Positions 37,329 to 46,503 are shown, counted from the stretch's first letter. The stretch is DNA of 64,000 nt from an uncultured Gammaproteobacteria bacterium (GCA_964444415.1 CAYUHE010000002.1:40310-104309), one strand, 5' to 3'. The notes: generated from the letters alone by a model not told the origin. A program made the numbers and translations.

Positions 37329-38353
37329 TATGCTTCGTAATACCTCTTAGAGTCATCTACCGTTGATTTATGTTCATGTTTTGAACGAAAACCGCTAAGT
37401 GAAGCTATAGGGGCGCTAAGTGCCATTACAGCTGAACCTAATAAGAATATTTTGCCTAAAACGCCTGCTGTTTTAGTTTGTTTTGCTCCGCCATTCCACA
37501 TTTCTTTTACGCTTCTTCCTAAAATCTCAAAGAAATCAGGGATGATTTTTTTCAAAGCTTGTTTTTTATTGCCTTTATTTACCAAAAACTCTTCCCAAGG
37601 AGTTTGTGCCGCAATACCTACTGCTGTTGCAGCCAAAGTATATGACAATAAAGTTTTCCAAGTTTGGGCTTTTACAGCTAGTTCTCTAATTCTTGGCTTC
37701 ATTTCTTGATCAGAGGCATGCAATTCGCCAAAACCATTTCTTTTTGCTACTTTATCGTACCAAGCATTTCTGTTGCCGACTTTTTCGCCTTGGGCATGGA
37801 ATAAATCCCATCTTGGGAAATCAGCACTTTCAAAGGCTTTATGGTACTCAATTCTTGTTTTGCCTTTTTCGTAAGCATTTGGAGGTAATTCGTGAACAAA
37901 TTTTTTGTAAGGTTGTCCTAAATCAATACCTGTAGACATTTCTATAGGTACATCTACTACTTTTTTTGCCAATTCTTTTGCTAAAACATAACCTACTACG
38001 CCGATTCCTAGTTTTTTACCTATTTTGTTTGCCGCTTTTTGAGATTCTGGTGAAAATTTCTTTGATGCAGAATTAAATACAGCTATCATTGCCAAACTTC
38101 CAACTACATATGGGATAACGCCCATTGCCAAAAACTCATAAAAATTAGCGTTTTGATCGCCCTTGAGGCCTTTTACTGGATATGTGGTAAATGCTTGTCC
38201 GACTTTATGTAAATTTGCTTTAGTTTTGTTTAAAACGTTTCCTCTTAATAAATGGTCATGACTATGAGCCATCTTATCTTTTATGATAGGAGATGGGTCA
38301 TAATAGCTGATTTTGTTGCTATTTGGGCTATTTACATAGTTAGAATTGACCAT
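37328..38353 (-). CDS. hypothetical polytopic membrane protein (first gene of the GH13-linked cluster)
   Basis: 341 aa. VKGLKGDQNANFYEF precedes the first TM. About four hydrophobic helices. The stop overlaps the start of the next gene by 1 nt (TAATG). Confidence 0.8.
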   Translation of the reverse strand: MVNSNYVNSPNSNKISYYDPSPIIKDKMAHSHDHLLRGNVLNKTKANLHKVGQAFTTYPVKGLKGDQNANFYEFLAMGVIPYVVGSLAMIAVFNSASKKFSPESQKAANKIGKKLGIGVVGYVLAKELAKKVVDVPIEMSTGIDLGQPYKKFVHELPPNAYEKGKTRIEYHKAFESADFPRWDLFHAQGEKVGNRNAWYDKVAKRNGFGELHASDQEMKPRIRELAVKAQTWKTLLSYTLAATAVGIAAQTPWEEFLVNKGNKKQALKKIIPDFFEILGRSVKEMWNGGAKQTKTAGVLGKIFLLGSAVMALSAPIASLSGFRSKHEHKSTVDDSKRYYEA

Positions 38354-38533
38354 TTATAACTACCAACTTCAATACCTTACACCATAATTAAAGCTCCTCA
38401 AGGAAAATAATTGCTCTTATATAGAGGGGTATTTACATTTTTTTACAAATATTAATCTTATTTTTATAAATCTATAATTTTCTTCTTAAAAAAAGGCTGT
38501 TTTTTTGTGTGATTTTATAAAAAATTGAGTTTT

Positions 38534-40276
38534 TTACTTCGCTCTGCCAAAAAATCCAGCAATAGTATTTCCATCGAAAGTATGTGCAATAATTCTTCCA
38601 TGCGGGCATGTAGTGGGGTTTTTGGTTTTCATCCATTTTTTCAGCAAATCATCTATTTGATAAAAACTCAATGCTTCATTCGCCTTGATTGCACCGTGGC
38701 ATGCCATAGAAATCAGAATTTCGTTGCCAATTTTTTCGATTGAACCCTCAAGAGCTTGAAGCAAATCTTCCAAAATTTCTTTATGGTTTTTATTTGCAAC
38801 AATTTGAGGTAATTTTCTAAAAATAACTTCCTTTGAATTTGGGAATTCTATTTTGTATCCATATTTTTGAAGAATTTCATGATTTTCCTCCAAAACAGCT
38901 ATTTCACTCGGCTCAAGCTTAATAGGAGATGCAACCAAAATCAATTGCGAATTTATTTCATTTTGCTCTAAAAGCTCCTCATACAAATATCTTTCATGGG
39001 CTATATGCTGATCGATAATTTGAAGCCCGTCTTTTGTTTCAAGCAAAATATAAGTGTTTTTGAATTGCCCGATAATTCTATAATCAGATTGATTTTGTTC
39101 TTGTTCAAACTCAAATTCCTGCTGAATTTCGAAGTTTTTTTGAACAAATTGCGCTTCAAGAGGTTTATAAAACTTAGGAGTATAGCTTACTTGTTCTTTA
39201 AACGATGCAAAATCAATGCTTTCTTTTCCTTGTCTAAAATTTTCTGATGAAGCATAATTCGAAACTAAAGACATTTCTTCATTCCTTGGGGCAAACTCGA
39301 TTGCCTGTTTGATTGCAGAATGAACAAAATTGAAAACCTGATTGCCGTTTTGGTAGCGAATTTCTCTTTTTGTCGGATGCACATTCACATCAAGTTCATC
39401 TTTTGGCAAGTCTAGATTAATTGCTACAAAAGGATGTTTGCCTCTGGGAATAAGCTCTTCGTATGCAAAAGAAATTGCCTTTAAAAGCACAGGGCATTTA
39501 ACAACTCTGCCATTTACAAACAAATATACAGCTTTTTTATTCGAACGGGTAAAGCTTGGAAGGCTTGCGTAGCCTGTAATTTTGAGATTTGATAAAGTAT
39601 CTGTTTTATTAATTGGTTTTAGTTGATTAATCAAATCATCAGAATAAATCTCTGTCAAAATCATCTTTAAATCTCCTGAACCGGAGGTTTTTAGCGATGT
39701 AGCTTTTTCATTTTTCAAAGTTATCGAAGCTTCAGGATGCGAAATCGCTATATTTTGGAGCATTTCAATGATATTTGAATATTCTGAGCGGTCACTTTTC
39801 AAAAACTTCAGTCTTACAGGCGTGTTATAAAACAAATCCTGCACTTCCATTATCGTCCCGACAGCACAGCCAATTTGCGTTTTTTTGATTTCAGAATTTT
39901 TGCATTCGACCTTTGTTCCAACTTCATCACTTGCTGTTCTTGAAGTACAAATTACTTTTGAAACCGAGATGATACTTGCTAAAGCTTCTCCCCGAAATCC
40001 CAAAGTGGAAATATTCCACAAATCCTCTTGGATGCTAATTTTACTTGTAGCATGCGGTGCAAAAGCAAGTTCGATATCATCCGCTGAAATCCCTGAACCA
40101 TTATCTGCTACTCTGATATTTCGGCATTCGTTTTTGATTTCGACCTCAATTTTGGTTGCGCCGGCATCAATTGAATTTTCGACAAGTTCTTTGACAACAG
40201 CTGAAGGTCTGTCAATGACTTCACCTGCAGCAATTTGATTTATGAGATTTTTGTCTAATTTTTTGATTTTGCCCAT
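38534..40276 (-). CDS. mutL: DNA mismatch repair endonuclease MutL
   Basis: 580 aa. GHKL ATPase motifs (LINQIAAGEVIDRPSAVVKELVENSIDAGAT). C-terminal endonuclease motif DQHIAHERYLYEEL and CPHGR. Confidence 0.96.
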   Translation of the reverse strand: MGKIKKLDKNLINQIAAGEVIDRPSAVVKELVENSIDAGATKIEVEIKNECRNIRVADNGSGISADDIELAFAPHATSKISIQEDLWNISTLGFRGEALASIISVSKVICTSRTASDEVGTKVECKNSEIKKTQIGCAVGTIMEVQDLFYNTPVRLKFLKSDRSEYSNIIEMLQNIAISHPEASITLKNEKATSLKTSGSGDLKMILTEIYSDDLINQLKPINKTDTLSNLKITGYASLPSFTRSNKKAVYLFVNGRVVKCPVLLKAISFAYEELIPRGKHPFVAINLDLPKDELDVNVHPTKREIRYQNGNQVFNFVHSAIKQAIEFAPRNEEMSLVSNYASSENFRQGKESIDFASFKEQVSYTPKFYKPLEAQFVQKNFEIQQEFEFEQEQNQSDYRIIGQFKNTYILLETKDGLQIIDQHIAHERYLYEELLEQNEINSQLILVASPIKLEPSEIAVLEENHEILQKYGYKIEFPNSKEVIFRKLPQIVANKNHKEILEDLLQALEGSIEKIGNEILISMACHGAIKANEALSFYQIDDLLKKWMKTKNPTTCPHGRIIAHTFDGNTIAGFFGRAK

Positions 40277-40386
40277 TAAGTTTAAAAACTCCTAATCTCA
40301 TTTTATTATCGTTGCAAAAAAACTGATTTGGAATTATTTTTGGGCAAAATTTACAAAAAGTTGAGGAAGAGGTATTTTAAAAGTGA

Positions 40387-40419
40387 AAAATGCCTAAAAC
40401 GATAAGTTTTCGCCATTTT
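40387..40419. repeat. conserved palindromic element, copy 1
   Basis: AAAATGCCTAAAAC-GATAA-GTTTTCGCCATTTT. It has the same arms and the same 5-nt spacer length as the element at 43786..43818. Confidence 0.7.
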
Positions 40420-40633
40420 GATACTAGCCGTCAGAAACATCTACGACTTTAGGGCAATAAAAACTCAACGCCAAAAGAGAATGAAAACAATCCTAAAAAC
40501 TTCTATATTTAATAGTATAAATCCTCAGCTCTTCTAAATCTACTTGCTACTCAATATTCTCTGTTATTTTTTTGCAGAGAATTTTTTTGCGAAATCTTAC
40601 AAGAGTGAGCAAAGCGAAACTCACCTTACTTTT

Positions 40634-40666
40634 AAAAATAAAAAAGCCCCGTCATATCTGCGGAGC
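40634..40666 (-). terminator. rho-independent terminator after the sORF at 40701..40853
   Basis: Minus-strand sense: GCTCCGC-AGATATGA-CGGGGC (one mismatch) followed by TTTTTTATTTTT. Confidence 0.6.
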
Positions 40667-40700
40667 TTGAATTTGATTTCTAACCTAAACCTTATTGTTG

Positions 40701-40853
40701 TTATTTGACTGCTGCGATTTTCGCAGTAACACCCATCTCACTTTGAATCATTTTAATATTTGAATAAGCCATAGCTCTACGCTTTTTAGAACCTCTTAGC
40801 AAAAATTGAACGCTTGAAGAAATATTTGATGCAGGGATTTCATTTTTGAACAT
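40701..40853 (-). CDS. small hypothetical protein (50 aa)
   Basis: It is shorter than any ORF listed in the track, so it is absent from it. SD GAGGT lies 5 nt upstream of the ATG and a terminator follows. Peptide: MFKNEIPASNISSSVQFLLRGSKKRRAMAYSNIKMIQSEMGVTAKIAAVK. Confidence 0.45.
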   Translation of the reverse strand: MFKNEIPASNISSSVQFLLRGSKKRRAMAYSNIKMIQSEMGVTAKIAAVK

Positions 40854-41062
40854 ATTAACCTCGACGATACTGCTTGACTAAAACCGCTTTTTGACTACAT
40901 AAGATTTATCGACCGCTGAGGTCGAAACTTTAGATTTTGAATGCTGTTTATTACAATTTTGTTACAAAGTCATTTTAAGCTCGGGGGCAAATATAGACTA
41001 TAAAGTCTTTCTGGGATTTTATGCACTTTGCAGTCATCTTTTTTTTGTGATATTTTGAAATT

Positions 41063-41890
41063 ATGAAGAAGATATTTTTATGTATAGTTGTTTTATTTTT
41101 CGCCTCGACTCTTTATGCAAATGCGCTCTGTGTAAGAATTGCGCAGCTCACTGATGTTCATATCGGACCAAAAGATGATGAAAAAACGGCGACTTCAATC
41201 GACAAACTCAACGCTGCTATCAAATCTATAAATAACAGAAATGACATTGATGTAGTTGTCTTTACAGGTGACAACATCGATAAATCAAACGTCAAAGACC
41301 TCAAAACTTTTTGTTCAATTGTAAGACATTTGAACAAACCTTATTATGTTTTGCTCGGAAATCATGATGCTTATAAAGTCTCAGGAATCCCCCAAGAAGA
41401 TTACATGAAAGCCATAAAAGCAACAAACAGAAAAAATCAAAAAACGATTCAACAAAATTTCGCTTTCCATGTAAATAAAGATATTGAAGCAATTTGTCTT
41501 GACGGTACAACGCCAAATATTCCAAGCTCTCACGGCTTTTTTGGCGAAGAAACAATTAAATGGTTCAAAAAAACTTTAGCAAAAAATAAAAATAAAAAAA
41601 TTGTAATTTTTCAGCATTTTCCTTTAATACCTCCCGAAGAACAAAGACAGCTAAGGCTTTTGGAGCCTGAGGAAGAAGCTTCTATTTTGGATAATAACAG
41701 AAATATAATACTTATAGCATCGGGGCATTACCATATTGGGGCTGTAAATATTGATGAAAACGGCGTTTATCACATTTCTACGCCAAGCCTGTTGATGAGT
41801 GCGCAATATCGCATAATCGAAATTGATTATAAAAAACATGACAAAAAATGCTTCGAAATTAGGACAGAGCTTGTGGATGTTAAATATTAA
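41063..41890 (+). CDS. secreted calcineurin-like metallophosphoesterase
   Basis: 275 aa with a signal peptide. Motifs DVHIG, TGDNID, GNHD and GHYH. Confidence 0.85.
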   Translation: MKKIFLCIVVLFFASTLYANALCVRIAQLTDVHIGPKDDEKTATSIDKLNAAIKSINNRNDIDVVVFTGDNIDKSNVKDLKTFCSIVRHLNKPYYVLLGNHDAYKVSGIPQEDYMKAIKATNRKNQKTIQQNFAFHVNKDIEAICLDGTTPNIPSSHGFFGEETIKWFKKTLAKNKNKKIVIFQHFPLIPPEEQRQLRLLEPEEEASILDNNRNIILIASGHYHIGAVNIDENGVYHISTPSLLMSAQYRIIEIDYKKHDKKCFEIRTELVDVKY

Positions 41891-42783
41891 ATATCTTGGA
41901 AGTATCCAAAGTCTTTAAGCTGTTTGCCATTTTTGCGCCAGTCTTTTTTGATTTTGACCTGCAAATCTAAAAACACTTTTCTATCATCAAGTTTTTCGAT
42001 TTCTTCTCTGGCAGTTTGTCCAATTTTTTTGAGCATTTGCCCTTGTTTACCAATTATAATACCCTTTTGTGAGTCATGTTCAACATAAATTGTCGCAATG
42101 ATTTTATTCAAAGTATCTTTTTCTTCAAATTTTTCGATAACCACCGCAATACTATGTGGAACTTCCTCACGAGTATTTATCAAAACTTTTTCTCTGATAA
42201 TTTCGCTTGCAATCTCACGCACCGTTTGGTCTGTAGTTTCTTCTTCATTGTACATATTGACACCTTTGGGAAGTTTACGGTAAATATTTTTGACCAAAGT
42301 ATCAACATTGCGACCTGTTTTTGCAGAGATTTTGACAAGAGGGAAATTGTCTTTAAAAAGCATTTTATATGCTAAGACATTTTCTTCGCGTTTTTGCATA
42401 TCTTTAATTAAGTCAACTTTATTGACAACTATAATTATAGGTATATTGACGTTTAAAATATTTTGTACAATCCACTCATCGCCACGTCCGGGAGGCTCTT
42501 GAGCATCTACCAAAAACAAAATTAAATCCGCATCCGGTACAGAGAATTTTGCCTCATCAAGCAAAAATTCTCCCAACTTATAAAGCGGTTTATGCACTCC
42601 TGGAGTGTCTATAAAGACAATTTGACCTTCTGCCGTTGTATGAAACCCTCGGATACGTTTTCTTGTTGTTTGAGGTTTGTCAGAAGTTATCGCAACTTTT
42701 TGCCCCAAAATTTGATTCAAAAGCGTTGATTTACCTACATTTGGTCGTCCGATAATTGTCACGAAACCTGATTTGTTTGCCAT
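41887..42783 (-). CDS. era: GTPase Era
   Basis: 298 aa. G1 GRPNVGKST, G3 DTPG, G4 NKVD, and a C-terminal KH domain. Confidence 0.96.
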   Translation of the reverse strand: MANKSGFVTIIGRPNVGKSTLLNQILGQKVAITSDKPQTTRKRIRGFHTTAEGQIVFIDTPGVHKPLYKLGEFLLDEAKFSVPDADLILFLVDAQEPPGRGDEWIVQNILNVNIPIIIVVNKVDLIKDMQKREENVLAYKMLFKDNFPLVKISAKTGRNVDTLVKNIYRKLPKGVNMYNEEETTDQTVREIASEIIREKVLINTREEVPHSIAVVIEKFEEKDTLNKIIATIYVEHDSQKGIIIGKQGQMLKKIGQTAREEIEKLDDRKVFLDLQVKIKKDWRKNGKQLKDFGYFQDI

Positions 42784-42784
42784 T

Positions 42785-43669
42785 TTAATTCACCCTATTG
42801 TGCATCTCATTAATATCTTTGATGCGACCTTCTATTCTATTTAGTATAGTAAAAAGTTCTTGATTGTTTGAGGTGGGTAAAAAATGGAGGTTATTCAACA
42901 CACCCAAAACATTATCATAATTTATACCTACACCTTGTGTTAACATTGCGTTTATAGCTTTTGTAATTACATCTAAAAGATACAGAGTTTCTCTTTGATC
43001 TTTTGCATAATTTTGAATATTCAGCATAATATCTTCCAAATTCTCGAAAATTTCTCCGCCTTTTGAGCGGGTCAAAATCTCTATTGCCACGAGTTTTGGA
43101 TTGATTTCCATGGTTTTGTCTTTGACAATATCAAGAAGCATATTATCAATTTCATCAGCTTTACCCGGAAGCGTATTGATGAATTGCTGAAGAAGCTTGT
43201 CTGCCAATGGAAAATCATTTTTTTCAAGACAAGAAGCCACATAAACTTTGTACAATGCTTTGATGCATTCGGTTTTATCATAAAATTCTTTAGAAATTGC
43301 ACATATTAAAGCATCCGAAGCCAATATCAAAGAATCTTTTTTAGCTTTTTCTTCATCGAAAAATAAATCTTGCTGAAAAATTTCATCCACAAGTTTAATT
43401 AAAGGTTTAATTATTTTTTTATTCCCCAAAATACCAGCTATCATTGTTTTGAAGAGTTCCGAATGATTATCATCAAAAAGAGCTTGTTCAATAATATCAT
43501 GCAAAAACTCGTTTTCAGACTTCAAAACTGCAGACAGAATAATTTGATGTGCTACTTGATCACAATTTTCGGGCCCTTTGGTTTCAATATTATTTGCCAT
43601 TTCGCAAAGTCTTTGAAATTTTATTTGGGCATCTTCCAGATTATCTTTAGGGGGTGTGAAATCTTCCAT
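42785..43669 (-). CDS. hypothetical all-helical protein co-transcribed with era
   Basis: 294 aa. The stop lies 1 nt before the era start. No motif recognised; the sequence looks like a helical-repeat protein. Confidence 0.75.
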   Translation of the reverse strand: MEDFTPPKDNLEDAQIKFQRLCEMANNIETKGPENCDQVAHQIILSAVLKSENEFLHDIIEQALFDDNHSELFKTMIAGILGNKKIIKPLIKLVDEIFQQDLFFDEEKAKKDSLILASDALICAISKEFYDKTECIKALYKVYVASCLEKNDFPLADKLLQQFINTLPGKADEIDNMLLDIVKDKTMEINPKLVAIEILTRSKGGEIFENLEDIMLNIQNYAKDQRETLYLLDVITKAINAMLTQGVGINYDNVLGVLNNLHFLPTSNNQELFTILNRIEGRIKDINEMHNRVN

Positions 43670-43785
43670 TTTAGCTACCTTTCAACGGCTTATTTTAAGA
43701 TTATACAATCAAAATGAGACTGCTGCACAATTTTAAAAACAAAGCTTTTTTAAAAAATTGTGCTACGTCTCTCACGTCCAGTTTC

Positions 43786-43818
43786 AAAATGCCTAAAACT
43801 CTCCGTTTTAGACATTTT
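43786..43818. repeat. conserved palindromic element, copy 2
   Basis: AAAATGCCTAAAAC-TCTCC-GTTTTAGACATTTT, with only one mismatch between the arms. It lies in the divergent region between the 294-aa/era operon and hydG. Confidence 0.7.
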
Positions 43819-43896
43819 TTCACATCCGACATATTCAAAATATTATAAAATCCTAAATTTTTTCATTTGCTGTTTTTTTAGGAGTATAATTTTTTT

Positions 43897-45291
43897 ATGG
43901 AAAGCGAGGATTTTTCGATGTCAGAAATTATAAATGTTGATTTAATCAACTCATTATTGGAACAAAAACCTACAGAAGCACAAGTGGATGAGATTTTAGA
44001 TAAAGCTCTAAACCTTAAAGGACTTACTCTTGAAGAATCGGCAACTTTGCTGAACGTGGAAGATGATAAAATTTTAGAAAAAGTTTTTAAAGCAGCAAAA
44101 AAACTTAAAGAAAAGATTTACGGCAAAAGAATTGTTCTTTTTGCTCCGCTATACCTCGCAAATTATTGTGCTAATAACTGCTTATATTGTGCTTTTAGAG
44201 TAGCTAATAAAGATATGGTCCGAACAAAACTCACAGCCGATGAAGTAATCGAAGAAGCCAAAATTATTATGAATCAAGGACATAAAAGGGTTCTTCTTGT
44301 TGCAGGAGAAGACTTGAAAAAATGCGGGCTTGATTATATTCAAGAAATTATTGACAAAATTTATGAACAAAAAGTATTCAACGGCGAAATCCGCAGATTG
44401 AATATAAATATAGCTCCGCTTGATGTCGAAGGCTTCAAACGTCTTGCAGGAATGGGGATTGGGACATTTCAATCTTTTCAGGAGACCTATCACCCTGAAG
44501 TTTACAAAGAAATGCACATCAGTGGTCCAAAAGCTAATTACCAATGGCGCTTAGAAACAATGAACCGTGCTATTGAAGGTGGCATTAAAGATTTTGGCAT
44601 CGGGGCATTATTCGGGCTTTGCGATTATCGTTTTGAAGTGCTTTCAATTCTTATGCATGCCGATTATTTGGACAAAACATACGGCGTGGGTCCTCACACT
44701 ATTTCGATTCCAAGAATTGAATATGCCGAAGGCTCTGATGTCTCCAAAAATCCTCCGCATGCAATCACGGATAACCAATTCAAAAAAATTATTGCAACAT
44801 TAAGACTCTCCGTGCCTTATACAGGAATGATTTTGACCACAAGAGAAAGTGCAAAATTCAGAAAAGAATGTCTGGAACTTGGTGTTTCACAAGTTAGTGC
44901 CGGATCAAAAACAGACCCTGGAGGGTATTCTAATAAACATGCAACACCACAATTCCAAGTCGGCGATACCAGAAGCCTCGAAGAAGTTTTGATGGAGTTG
45001 GTTGAAGGCGGTTATATGCCTAGTTTTTGCACAAGCTGCTATCGAAAAGGACGAGTCGGCAAAGATTTTATGGACTTGGCTAAACCGGGCTTAATCAAAC
45101 GTTTTTGCAACACAAATGCAATTTTGACATTTCAAGAATATTTGAATGATTATGCCCCGCAAGAGCTCAAAAAAACAGGCGAAGCATTGATTTTGAAAGA
45201 AATTGAAGCTATTGATGATGAAAAAATCAAAGCCGAAGTTAAGTCAAAACTAGCTTCGATTCAAAACGGTCAGCGAGATATGCATATTTAA
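43897..45291 (+). CDS. hydG: [FeFe]-hydrogenase H-cluster radical SAM maturase HydG
   Basis: 464 aa. Radical SAM CANNCLYCAF plus a second C-terminal cluster motif CTSCYRKGR…FC, which distinguishes HydG from ThiH. The likelier start is the ATG at 43918 (SD GAGGA 7 nt upstream). Confidence 0.85.
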   Translation: MESEDFSMSEIINVDLINSLLEQKPTEAQVDEILDKALNLKGLTLEESATLLNVEDDKILEKVFKAAKKLKEKIYGKRIVLFAPLYLANYCANNCLYCAFRVANKDMVRTKLTADEVIEEAKIIMNQGHKRVLLVAGEDLKKCGLDYIQEIIDKIYEQKVFNGEIRRLNINIAPLDVEGFKRLAGMGIGTFQSFQETYHPEVYKEMHISGPKANYQWRLETMNRAIEGGIKDFGIGALFGLCDYRFEVLSILMHADYLDKTYGVGPHTISIPRIEYAEGSDVSKNPPHAITDNQFKKIIATLRLSVPYTGMILTTRESAKFRKECLELGVSQVSAGSKTDPGGYSNKHATPQFQVGDTRSLEEVLMELVEGGYMPSFCTSCYRKGRVGKDFMDLAKPGLIKRFCNTNAILTFQEYLNDYAPQELKKTGEALILKEIEAIDDEKIKAEVKSKLASIQNGQRDMHI

Positions 45292-45300
45292 GGTAAAAAT

Positions 45301-45891
45301 ATGGCATTTGAAAAATCGGAAACTTTAGAAAAACTTGAAGAAACTTGTCAAAATTGTTTTGACTGTGATTTGGGCAATACAAAGATAAACGCTGTTTTTT
45401 CCGATGGAAATATTGATGCCAAAATCATGCTGATAGGCGAAGCACCCGGGCAAAAAGAAGATGAAACAGGTCTACCTTTTGTCGGAAGAGCAGGAAAACT
45501 TCTGGACCAACTGCTTTTGAGCCAAAATTTGACTAGGAAAAATGACATCTATATTTGCAATACCGTAAAATGCCGCCCTCCTAATAATCGTGTGCCGACT
45601 GATTTTGAAAAGACTCAATGCCGAAAATATCTTGCTGCACAAATTGAAATCATACAGCCCAAAATAATCCTTCTTTGCGGAGCAACAGCAGTAAAATCTA
45701 TTTTGAAAACCAAAGAGCCTATTTCAAAAATTCGAGGACAATGGTTTGAAGGTGAAAACGGGGCAAAAATTATGCCGATTTTTCATCCGTCTTATTTGCT
45801 TAGAAACCCTTCTGTGAAAGAAAATACACCAAAATGGCTTATGCTTGAAGATATTAAAAAAATCAAACAGACCTATGACCTTTTAAAATAA
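45301..45891 (+). CDS. family 4 uracil-DNA glycosylase (Fe-S type)
   Basis: 196 aa. CQNCFDC, GEAPGQKEDETGLPFVGRAG and HPSYLLRNP. Confidence 0.9.
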   Translation: MAFEKSETLEKLEETCQNCFDCDLGNTKINAVFSDGNIDAKIMLIGEAPGQKEDETGLPFVGRAGKLLDQLLLSQNLTRKNDIYICNTVKCRPPNNRVPTDFEKTQCRKYLAAQIEIIQPKIILLCGATAVKSILKTKEPISKIRGQWFEGENGAKIMPIFHPSYLLRNPSVKENTPKWLMLEDIKKIKQTYDLLK

Positions 45892-45921
45892 AAAACCGCC
45901 TTTTTTACAAGACGGTTTTTC
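45892..45921. terminator. weak bidirectional terminator
   Basis: AAAACCGCC, a 10-nt loop, then GACGGTTTT (one mismatch), between convergent genes. Confidence 0.35.
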
Positions 45922-45954
45922 GGTATATGGGTTTTTAATCCATAATTCTGAATT

Positions 45955-46503
45955 TTAAGCAGTTAAATCAAAAGATGATGCTAATTCCGAAGAATTACCT
46001 TGATAATTGCTTAAAAGTTTTGAGATGTAACTGGAAACGCCGCTATTGTTCTTCAAATCCGAATTAGAACTGCCGGATGAAGCTTTTTCAGCATCTTCTC
46101 CTGCAATTCGTTCTTGAATAGAGACTTCTCCATCTTCATTTGTATCTAACTTATCGTAAGTTTTATTTGAAGTACTCTCAGTTTTGCCTGAAGGTGGTGG
46201 AGGCGGTAGACCTGCCAACATCATTCCAGGCGGTGGCCCCATTGGTTTTTCTGGTCTTGCTGCTTTAATTTCTTCATCAGTAGCTTGACCGTCACCATTT
46301 TTGTCAATCTTATCGAAATTATTGGACAACTCGCTTGCCATATGGGCTGCGCCCTTATCCTCTCCTTTTGCGATAGAAGCTAATTCCGTTTTTGATAGAC
46401 CTTCTTTTCCATCGGTATCCGCCGCCTTCATTTTTTTCTGCATTGCAGCCATCATCTGTTGCATTGCACCTAAGCCGGCATTACCGCTTATGTTGGATAC
46501 CAT
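45955..46503 (-). CDS. EF-hand calcium-binding protein with a polyproline tract
   Basis: 182 aa with strong SD AGGAGGTAC. Three EF-loop-like motifs: DTDGKEGLSKTE, DKNGDGQATDEE and DTNEDGEVSIQE. Proline tract PMGPPPGMMLAGLPPPPPSG. Confidence 0.85.
   Translation of the reverse strand: MVSNISGNAGLGAMQQMMAAMQKKMKAADTDGKEGLSKTELASIAKGEDKGAAHMASELSNNFDKIDKNGDGQATDEEIKAARPEKPMGPPPGMMLAGLPPPPPSGKTESTSNKTYDKLDTNEDGEVSIQERIAGEDAEKASSGSSNSDLKNNSGVSSYISKLLSNYQGNSSELASSFDLTA

Noticed and set aside
7214-40276. Absence of mutH near mutS and mutL, considered as an anomaly.
   Set aside because: MutL carries the DQHA-x2-E-x4-E endonuclease motif and CPHGR. This indicates the ordinary MutH-independent mismatch repair found in most bacteria.
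40390-40452. Micro-ORFs MPKTISFRHFDTSRQKHLRL (40390..40452) and MPKTLRFRHFFTSDIFKIL (43789..43848), considered as real conserved peptides.
   Set aside because: Most of the shared sequence (M-x-K-T…F-R-H-F) is an automatic consequence of the DNA palindrome; the minus strand gives the same pattern. Neither ORF has a properly spaced SD. I keep the idea as a side hypothesis under the palindromic-element finding rather than calling them as CDS.
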